Part shown: positions 8,856 through 18,800 of the stretch, piece after piece | How the letters are laid out: each line of letters starts with the position of its first letter | How positions within the stretch are numbered: position 1 is the first letter of the stretch | Virus record (IMG/VR): IMGVR_UViG_3300044580_000288 | Coordinates: 1 to 40,338 of that record | Reading direction: 5' to 3' (one strand) | DNA from: a virus | Lineage: Duplodnaviria; Caudoviricetes | DNA length: 40,338 bases | Program-made: the position numbers and the translations under genes | The notes under the pieces: model-generated | Told to the model about the DNA's origin: nothing | Databases searched by the model: none | What the model saw: only the letters and a program-made list of their open reading frames with translations

Positions 8856-11800
8856 GCGGTAAAGAACGGTTTGCCGAGAGCTTACAGAATTTCGGTACTG
8901 CTGGTATACAAGCCGGAGAAAAGATGCTCCGCTTTGCTATCGATACCGAAGCGACGCAATATAAGCTCGATATTGCAAAGCAGATAGAGGAATTCAAACA
9001 ATCTCTTTCAACTGACTCGAATTTCGGAAGTCCTCTTGCCACTGAGCCAGAAGGTTACATGAAAAAATGGCAGGACTTTCAAGATTCTCTTTCAAAATCC
9101 ACAGAAAAGATCAAGAATCCAGCGGTGAGAAATGCAGTCGATGATTATATAAAAGCAGTCTTACCAGAACAGCAATCAATAATCGCAACAGCACAATTCA
9201 AGGGATGGGGCAAGCAGCAGGTCGCTAATGTACAAGAGCAAATTCTGGAAGCCAGAAAGAATGTAAGCCCAGAGCAGTTTTTGAGCTTTGCAGATTCGCA
9301 GCTTAAAGGGCTTCTCGAAGTAAATCTTATAGCCCCCGAAGATTATCATAGCTCGATGGATGCTTTCGCGCAGTTATCGATAAGCGACAACCTCTTTAAC
9401 GAGGCGGCAAAAATATTCGATGAGAAAGGCGAAGCAAGTGCTCTGGATTATCTTGCGAATGCAGCAACACTGGTTACACTCAATGGTAGAACATATACCA
9501 TAAGCGATAATACTCGCCAGGTCGCAAGCACCAGACTTTCACTCCATGCAAAAGCAGCAGATGAGGAGGCCTGGAATTCAATTCAGGATATGTTCTATCA
9601 GTATCTTGGCCAGGCCGCAGGAAGACAATTGAAAGAAGGCGAACAGCCGATAACGTACCAGGATATTCTTAGCGCAATTGATAAATCAAAAGTAAGAGAT
9701 AAAGAGCCATTATATCGCACAGCCAATCAGTTTTATCAGTTATCTGTTACATCACGAAATGATGAAGGAGTAAAAAAAGTTGTCGACGCAATGATGGCGT
9801 ATGAGAAAGGGCATAGAGGTGAGACATTAACCCCAGAGGAACAACAACAGGCAGCCGCATGGAAAGATGGGTCAATAGTAAAAAATAATCTTTCAGGACA
9901 GCCCGCCGCGACATGGGAGGAATACAGAATCGGTAAATTCGATCAGGAGCAGGCAGAAGAGAAAAAAGCACTCGCCGATGCAGATAAAACAGCAGCTTCT
10001 GGAATAATCGATACTGTTTCAAAGATTGGCTACGGAATACCATTAAACGAAGGAGAAAAAGAATATACAAGAGAAAGTGCCAAGATTGCTATTGATTCAC
10101 TTGTAAATCTCACGCCAGAAGAAAAGGATGCAAAGAAAAAAGAAGTCGACTTCTATTTTAATACAAAAGATACCAGACTGCAAAACGAAGGCTATGACCA
10201 AACCGAGAATCTATTATATGCCTCAATAGTAGAGATGAATAAAAAGCTTCTTGGTTTGCCGTATGATGAGACCAAGATAATTCCAGAGGAAAAGCTTCCA
10301 GATTATGCAGACAGCCTGCGAGAAGGCAGGCTTGGATATTTCCAGGGGCAATATTTATTGGTGAGACAAAAGGAGCAGGAGAAGCAGCAGGAATCGAATC
10401 GCAAATTAGCTCTTGGAGGATTTATAAAAGCTTTTGCCTCCTATGATGAGAACCCATCAAATCCATTGCCTACACAGGAGGAAATAGATGCAGCTTATGC
10501 AAATGGGAATGGTGCAATAACTCAGGATGATTATGATTATCTCACAAAGCAAAGGACATCCAGAGTCAATCTTGCAAAAAAAGATGCAGAATTAAAGGAA
10601 AATAATACCAAACACAATACGGCACTCTGGGGTGTTATCAATGGGAGAGATGCTTTACGCAAACAGCTTAGCGGAGAAACGCTCAAAGAAGGAGAAGTCC
10701 CTCTTAGTTATGATTGGATAAAAGCAAATGTCCCAGAGGATCTTCAGGACTGGGCTATAAAAATTCTGGATCAGGAGACAGACAGAGCTCGGCAATTAAA
10801 TGACATGGTGGCGAAGGCCAAGGAACAAGGGCAAAATGAAGAAAAATTGATAGAGTTTAATAAAAAATATTATCTCAAGCAGTTAACACCAGAAGAGGTA
10901 AACGCAGCGGCAGATGCAAAAGAAATAACAGCTCAGCAGCAGTCAGTCTACTTATCCTGGCTTACTAATGATGCAGAAGCAGAAAAAAAACTTGCGGAGG
11001 CGCAAGAGGCACAAAAAAAGGCCACTGAAAATATTCTATTGATATACGATGCCAATAAGAATTTAATAAAAAAGAATAAAGGCGAAGAATTGCCAGAAGG
11101 AGCACCAATACTTTCTGAACAATGGGCAAGAGAGCAGGGATTCGATAAATCAGAACTTTCTATTGCGCTAGACTTGCTTGATGCGGAGAATGCGCGCGTT
11201 GAGAAAGAGGCAGCAGAAAAGGACAAGGCGAATAAAGACAAGTTATTACTGGATGCCCTTCTTGTATCTGATGAAAGCGCAAGAAATGAATATAAGATTC
11301 CTGTTACAGGGCAAGAATTAACTCCAGAATATGTGCGGCAGGTCTTAGGCGACGATGCGGCATCAAGCCCCTATATGAATCTCGCACGAGCTTTTGAAAA
11401 TAACAAAGCGCAAGCAGAAACCAAAGCAAAAGAAAAGGCATGGCAAGAAAGAGAAGCAGAAGCAGAGCGCAATACTATAAAATGGGCAATGGGGCAAGAA
11501 TACACAGGAGAAATACTGAATGATGATCTGATAAACGCAATGCCGGAGAGTATGGATCCTGAGAATAAGACGCTTCTGCAGACGAGATTGGCTAATTATA
11601 TAAATCAACACAATGAAAAAGAGATATCACTGCAACGCGAGGCATTACATAATTCTGTGCTTGTTACTATTAAGCAGGCAAACGGAGAAAAGGTAGAAGG
11701 CGTCCCATTGAGCAGGTCTGCAATATGGGCTTCTGATTTACCATTTAATGAAAAATATACTCTCGATAATATATATCAGAGCTATTACGAAAAAGTAGAT

Positions 11801-12796
11801 AAAGCCAATTCCAGCTTGGAAGCTGCTCAGTTCGAAGCGACCCTGGATGCATTTAAGGCAGGAGCAATAGCTCTTGCAGATAAGAAAGCAGGCAAGAAAT
11901 ATGCTGGTTATATGGGTTATTGGTCAAATGGGAAATATGTCGCTCTCGATCTTACAAAAGATAATGCTGAAAAAGAATACATGACGCTCTTGGAAGGCTT
12001 TAGGCCATACGCGGCACAATATAATAAACAGGAGGATTTACAAAACTGCATCAGTATAATAAATGGGTCAAAGCCAATATCGACAAGCCCATGGAATACA
12101 GTTGATGATGCACTTAACGACCTCACAAAACCCCATGGTACCAAACCAGCAATAATCCCCCCAGGGATGAAACAATACTATATTGACTGGATTGAATCGC
12201 AAAAGACATTGAATCCAAATCCTTCTGCCAGCCAAGTTGAAGATATAATCAAGCATCTCAAGGATGATCCATGGGTCATAAAAGCTTCTGCTGATTTCTC
12301 TTTAGCAACGGGCGGCATCTTAAATCAAAAAAATGATGTCGATAAGATAATGGATTTAATTGTATCGGGGAATGCAGCGTGGTATATGGGACTAAGCCCC
12401 GATGGGCAACCAATACCAGTGCATCCAGCATATAAAGATGCGGCTGAATGGTGGAAAAACTCAATTATAAAAGCAGCGAATAAATGGGGAGCCCCAGGCT
12501 TTGAAGATATACAGATAGGCACAAATGCCCTTGGAGCATATACCGCCGATGGTCAATATTGGATATGTATGGAGAATAATAACTCCACTAAAAAAATATT
12601 CGATAAAATGGGCATAGGAAAAGCGAAACGCGTTAATTTCAGTCTTGGCCAAATAGACGGGCAAGCATATCTGACACGACAAATTTACTATGATGGCACC
12701 GATATGAACCCCATAGGCCAGGTTCTTAAAAATGATGGCAAATGGGTTGATGTAGATTATACGAGTAGACAATATGTCTACAAATTTCATAAATAG
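8852..12796 (+). CDS. Internal virion (ejection) protein with ~68-aa degenerate helical repeats
   Basis: ATG 8852 coupled to the previous stop; alpha-helical and charged; position of the T7 gp15 analogue. Confidence 0.65.
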   Translation: MSGKERFAESLQNFGTAGIQAGEKMLRFAIDTEATQYKLDIAKQIEEFKQSLSTDSNFGSPLATEPEGYMKKWQDFQDSLSKSTEKIKNPAVRNAVDDYIKAVLPEQQSIIATAQFKGWGKQQVANVQEQILEARKNVSPEQFLSFADSQLKGLLEVNLIAPEDYHSSMDAFAQLSISDNLFNEAAKIFDEKGEASALDYLANAATLVTLNGRTYTISDNTRQVASTRLSLHAKAADEEAWNSIQDMFYQYLGQAAGRQLKEGEQPITYQDILSAIDKSKVRDKEPLYRTANQFYQLSVTSRNDEGVKKVVDAMMAYEKGHRGETLTPEEQQQAAAWKDGSIVKNNLSGQPAATWEEYRIGKFDQEQAEEKKALADADKTAASGIIDTVSKIGYGIPLNEGEKEYTRESAKIAIDSLVNLTPEEKDAKKKEVDFYFNTKDTRLQNEGYDQTENLLYASIVEMNKKLLGLPYDETKIIPEEKLPDYADSLREGRLGYFQGQYLLVRQKEQEKQQESNRKLALGGFIKAFASYDENPSNPLPTQEEIDAAYANGNGAITQDDYDYLTKQRTSRVNLAKKDAELKENNTKHNTALWGVINGRDALRKQLSGETLKEGEVPLSYDWIKANVPEDLQDWAIKILDQETDRARQLNDMVAKAKEQGQNEEKLIEFNKKYYLKQLTPEEVNAAADAKEITAQQQSVYLSWLTNDAEAEKKLAEAQEAQKKATENILLIYDANKNLIKKNKGEELPEGAPILSEQWAREQGFDKSELSIALDLLDAENARVEKEAAEKDKANKDKLLLDALLVSDESARNEYKIPVTGQELTPEYVRQVLGDDAASSPYMNLARAFENNKAQAETKAKEKAWQEREAEAERNTIKWAMGQEYTGEILNDDLINAMPESMDPENKTLLQTRLANYINQHNEKEISLQREALHNSVLVTIKQANGEKVEGVPLSRSAIWASDLPFNEKYTLDNIYQSYYEKVDKANSSLEAAQFEATLDAFKAGAIALADKKAGKKYAGYMGYWSNGKYVALDLTKDNAEKEYMTLLEGFRPYAAQYNKQEDLQNCISIINGSKPISTSPWNTVDDALNDLTKPHGTKPAIIPPGMKQYYIDWIESQKTLNPNPSASQVEDIIKHLKDDPWVIKASADFSLATGGILNQKNDVDKIMDLIVSGNAAWYMGLSPDGQPIPVHPAYKDAAEWWKNSIIKAANKWGAPGFEDIQIGTNALGAYTADGQYWICMENNNSTKKIFDKMGIGKAKRVNFSLGQIDGQAYLTRQIYYDGTDMNPIGQVLKNDGKWVDVDYTSRQYVYKFHK

Positions 12797-12806
12797 AGGA
12801 TAAAAG

Positions 12807-15800
12807 ATGGCGGATTTCTGGACAGAATATTTTAAGGCAGGAGAAGAAGAAAACAAACGGCTCTTATCGAATCCGCGATACCCTACCTATAACCTCGGAG
12901 AATCCATCGAAAAAATGAATCAAGAAGGCTTCAATGCCTATGAGCAAGGCAAAGAGCCAATGTTCCCAGGAGCTCCGCAAGGCTTCTGGATGCCTACTAC
13001 TATTGGTGATGCATTTAAGAACGCAATCAAATCGTCTCCAAATCCAGAAGAAGCAGAAGTACGGCTAAAAAGTGCCTATCTTCTTTCTCAGACCTATAAT
13101 ATTCCACTTCCAACCGCAATTGAAAATTTCGATTCTATTACTCAGGGACTTTATCAGCGCGCACTTGCGCCAAAAACTGCATGGGAGGCCATAAAAACAA
13201 CATGGCAAGCAGCCACACTTGGGACTCAAATTGCATATAAAGCCAATCAATTATGGAATAAAGGCAAGGACTGGGATTTTTACAATGATCCACTATGGAA
13301 TGAAATTCAGCACCTTCAAGCTCTTATGCCTGCCCAAGATGAGATAAAACGCAGTCTACCAGTAGAAGCAGCGAAAAACCTGGTGCAGTTCGTGCCTTCT
13401 ATGCTCGAAGGAGTAAAAGCAGGCGCACTTGGTAATCTTGCAGGGGCGGCGGCTGGTGCTTTAATAGGATCAATGCTCGTGCCAGGCATGGCGGTTCCTC
13501 TTGTGGGACTTACCGCACTTGGAGGACTATCATCTCTTGTCGCGCAGGCGTCATTGACATCACTGGGCGGGCAATTAGGGTCCATGCTGCAAAGCGGCCA
13601 ACGATCAAAAGAGCTCGAATTAGGCTCAGAATTTTATCAGATGCTTACCTATACCGACCCAGTCAGTGGGGGACATTATAACCCTAAAGTAGCCTGGCAA
13701 TGGGCAGGTATTTATGGTGCATTAGCAGGCGCGGTAGAATCAATGGAAATAGGAACCTTCTTCCAACAATTCCCAAATCTCGGAGATACTATCACGGCCG
13801 CATTATCCAAGAAAGCAGCGAAAGTAATGGCCGATCCCGCAGAGCAAACCGCAAGAGCTGCAATTGTCGAGCGGCATTTCTTATCATGGATAGGAGATGC
13901 TTCAAAGAAAGCATGGGCAGCCGGTGGAGATATTCTTTCAGAAATGGTAGAGGAGACAACCCAAGAAGCCCTGTCAGTATTGGCTGAGGAAACAGCCAAG
14001 AAAATAACGGAAGAGGACAATGGAATACATCTAACACAAGCAACAAGGAAGGAAATCGTAGACAGATTGGTGAATACGGCGATAGGCACATTCCTCGGTA
14101 TGTCAGCCATGAAAGTGCTGCCAGGCTCAGTAAAACTTTTTGTAAACACACAAAATGAAGGAGCAAAAACTAAGCAGGAATTAAAAACTGCCATACCAAC
14201 TGCACCCACTGTCCAACCTATTGAGCTTACAACACAGACTTATGAGGCTTTTGCAAAAGAGGCGTCGAAGCCTGCACCTCCAGGAATTACATTTGGGAGA
14301 ACTGAACAGGTGCCAGGTGAACGATATACCTATAAGCTTGGCGATTCAAACAGAAAAAGGCTTGAATCTGCAACCGTTGATATATCACCTTCTAGCAATG
14401 AAAGCACGCCTGGGACTGTAACAATCCTTGGCTTTGAGAAAAAAAATGACCCGCTTGCAATGCGAGTATTGACGAATAAGATAGCGGCACAATTCCCAGG
14501 ATGGGATATTGAGATCGAGGGGAAGACTCCGCAAGAGCAGGCACTCAAGCGGTGGATGATAGAGAATAATCCGCGCGGTACTGATGCAGGAATAAATCCA
14601 TTTTCTATACCACGAGATATCCCAGAGCAGGCGAGCCTAAAGGCCGTTGAGGATGCAATCCGATCAAATAAACCGACGTGGACGAATGAAGAGGTAACGG
14701 CTTCTACTTACTGGCTTACAAAAATAGCACCACGGTTTGGAATGACCCCAGATGATCTTGCGGCAAATGTGTTTCATCCGAAAGTTATTGAACCTATTCA
14801 GCCGCAAAGCCCAGAAAAAACATTTGGCATGGTAAGAAGGACTGGATTCGAGGATGGATTGCGATCAATAATCGGACTCGGCCCTAGAGCGAATCCGTCA
14901 ACCATAATGCACGAAATGGTTCATACGACACTTTGGTTTGCGTTAGAAAATAGAGATATACCACAGATTGGACAATTCCTGGATGAGGCAGAATCTGCAT
15001 TTGGAATAAAAAATGGAGATTGGCAGGCCCCTTGGTCAGGCTGGACTGAAGAGTATGAAAAGACCGCAGGGAAGAACGCAAATAGATCAGGTGAAGAAGC
15101 TCTTGCTTATGCGCTTGAAGATTATCTTGCCTTCGGAAAAGCACCAAACAAAAAGGCAGAAAATATTTTAGCAAAACTCGGCCAAATGGTTATCGATCTC
15201 TATAATGGCCTTAAGAAAGCAAGAGTCAATCTATCTCCAGAAATCAATCAATTCTTTGATAAAATTCTGGAAGAATCTCCTGTTGCAAAAGAAATAGGGA
15301 TGGAAACTGTCGAGGAAGCAACAGGCTTAAAACCTTCTCAAATTGAAAATATAAGGCTACAGAAGCCTTCTGAAACAAAGGTTGAAGAAAATATCGCGGA
15401 AGCGCAAAAAGAACCAATAACGGCCGCGCAGGCTCAACCAGAAAGGATTGTAAATCCTGCCCTAAAAGACCTTGATATATTCCAGGGAGAAGTGGAGCTC
15501 CAAAAAACAGAGAATATCAGGATGCTTCAGGAAGCTCAAACACTGGACGAAATCGGTGTGGATCAGAAGGATATATTAGAACATACTGGATGGCAAAAAA
15601 TAAGAGGAAATTGGCTGCATAATCCGCTTTACCAGGGGGTTGTCGCTTATCATGGTTCACCATACGAGTTTAATGAATTCGATCTATCTCATATAGGTAC
15701 AGGAGAAGGAGAGCAGGCTTTTGGTGCAGGCCATTATTTTACTACAAATAGAAATATAGCAGAATGGTATGCGAAAAAGCTCGCAGATAATGGGCTATCA

Positions 15801-18800
15801 GAATATTCTATAGATGGAAGACATATAATAGTCGATCCTTTCTGGAAGTATGGAGTAAATTATTATGCAAAAGACGGGAAACCGCTTAGCGAGATGGAAG
15901 GATTGACAATATATTTATTGAGGCATTTTGGAAATGACAAAAAAGAAGTAGCAGATTTAGTACAGAAACAAATAAATCATGAAGCACATGTAGAGGTGCT
16001 ATCGGATTTAGATACATCAAAGCTATATGAGCTTCATAATTACCTTTTAGAGCATGATATTGGATTAGTTAAAAAGAGAAATTTATATAAAGTAGAGCTG
16101 AACCCAAACAAAAATGATCTATGGCTGGAGTATGATAATCCGCTAAAGGAACAGCCGCAGGACGTACAAAATGCCATAAAGAATCTTAATCTGGGGATAG
16201 ACAATGACAAACTTATGGATATGCGGGGGCAAGAAATCTATCAGGCTCTCATGGATAGCACGGGTAAAAATGGGAAAGAGGCAAAGCTTGCTGCTTCCCA
16301 GAAATTATCAGACGTAGGTATAACAGGCATAAGATATCCTGCAGGAACCCTTAGCGGAGGCGCAAGGAATGGAGAATATAACTATGTCGTCTTTAAGGAT
16401 AAGGATATCAAAATAATAGAGCACGCCTTATTCCAGGGTGTTCAAGAGAAAGAAAACAATAAACAATTAGCTCCAGAGTTTGAAAGTGCCAAGCGGATAT
16501 TCGGGATCACAACAAATCCGAATGAAGCAGGATATATTTTGCCAAATGGTGAAATGCTTGACTTTACTGGTAGAAATGAAGCAGGAGGCTATCAATTTAT
16601 AAACGGCAGATGGGTCGCGAATGGCAGAGATTATTTAGCAAATGAACGTATAACAGATCACAGGGGGATAGACTGGGAAGGATCTGAAAATGATCCTCTT
16701 GTAAAGCAAATGGGCAGAAGAGACGCCTTTATTGAAAAAGGCGCAATACGTGTAGATATGAGATATGGCTTGCTCGATATGGCAAAAGCGCCGACGGCAG
16801 AGCAATTAAAAACGATAAAAAACTTCCTTGATGTCACAAATGGCGCAGAGATTGAGCTGAAAGATGGAGAGCGCCATATTTTCTTTAGGACAGAAGATGC
16901 GCCAGTATCAAAAATAATAGGTTATATCAGAAGATTTTATAATGGAGAGGATTTAACAGATACAGTCTTATACCAAGGACAAAAAGAAGAGAATAGCTGG
17001 ATAAATAAGGTACAAGATGTTTTAAGTAATGAAATTAAAGATTCGATGCCAGGCAGAGAGATTTTAGAGGCTTTACAATCAGCAGGAATTAAAAATGAGG
17101 AAATGGAGAAGATAGGGCTCTATAATTTTCTCGATACTGAGGAAAAACGTTCACCAAAAGAGGTCAATGAATTTATCCAAACTAATGGATTCAAGATAAA
17201 TGAAACACCAAAGGAAATAGAAATAGAGCAAAAGCGTCAACTTTATCAGGAAGAAGTCGAGGAACCAAAACCAATACAAGATGAAGCAAGGAAAATGTTT
17301 GACGAAGGCCAGACCTTCGATGATTTTGTAAGTTTCCTTGAAAGCGGACTTGTTGATAATGATTTCGGAATACCAGACTTGCCACCAGAGCAAAAAATGG
17401 CATGGTATAAGCAGCAATGGGATTCCGCAATTACACCAGAAACAGAACCGAATCTCGCGGATTGGCAAAAAAGCCTAATAGATAATGATTATGCGAAATT
17501 AAGAATGTTCTTACAGGCAATTTACGATGAAGTGTTGCAAAAAGAAAATGTAACTACGCTTCCTGGTGATGATCCTGAGGAAATTTTATTGAAGCAGCAG
17601 GAAAGTGAAAAAGCCTATGAGATGCACCAGGAAATTGCCGAGCCTATTATTGCGGGAGCTATTGCAGTAGGTGCAAATACAAAGCCATTGTCGAGGCATT
17701 TCCTTGCTTCGGTATATGGCATAATAAGAGCAAATCCTGAGGCTTATGCACGGATTTATGGAGAAATCACTGGAGACGAGAAAATTGCCGCGCTTGGTAA
17801 ACAAGCAGAGGCGACAAGATTCAAAGAAATTGAAGATCAGAGGGTTACGACAACCCTTGGAATTACAGAGAGGGCTCGCCTCGCAGAGCAGATAAAAGAT
17901 GAGAAAATATCACAGGCTATTAGGTCTGGCAATTTTACTGCTGATGAAGAAGTACAAGGCTATGTTAAGAAAATCGAGAATGAACTAAAATCAAGCAAAA
18001 AGAAAATTGATGAACTCAACAAAGATATCGCACAAGCAGAAACAGGGATAGATTATCAAACTAAAACAATCGCCAAGCTAAGGGCAGAACTACAAAATAC
18101 GGATAAGGAAATAGAGAAGATTCAGAAAAGGATCGCGCAATATCTCGACAATAATGCGGCAATTCCCCCACAACTTGAATCGCAGCGACGATCGATAATA
18201 AATGCGAGAGAACGATTACAAAAGCAACTTGTAGAAGCAAATGATTGGCTTGAGATAAATCGGCAAATTGAAGAGCAGCAAAACAAATTCGACAATGCAG
18301 ATAGAAGGATAGCCGAGGCATATGCGAGGAAAGAGGAACCTCGCCAACAATGGGTGACTGCACGGTCAGAAGCAAGAAAACAATTAAGAATATTGAAGGC
18401 TAAACAATCAGAAGCTGCTAGCTTCAAGAATTCCGCGCAGGTGCAGACTTATCTTGCAAAGCTCGAAGAGAAAAACAACCTTCAAGAGCATTATAGGGAG
18501 ATGATGGCAGCGCAGCGTGCGGTGCGTACCATGCGAGAATATCGCAATAAACTGACACGGCAGATAATGCGACCAGCAGCAGCGAATGCAAATGTAAGAT
18601 ATAAATCGGCAATTTCCACCATCCAACAACTTGCAAGAATACAAAGTTCCGGGCATATACTAGATAAAGGATATATAGAAAACTCAATAAAACAGCTAAA
18701 GCAAAAACTCTCATCTGATCCTGCAATTGCACAACTTATACCGAGCGATGTTCTCAATGATATTATAGGGACCCGACTATCAAAATTGACACTTAATCAA

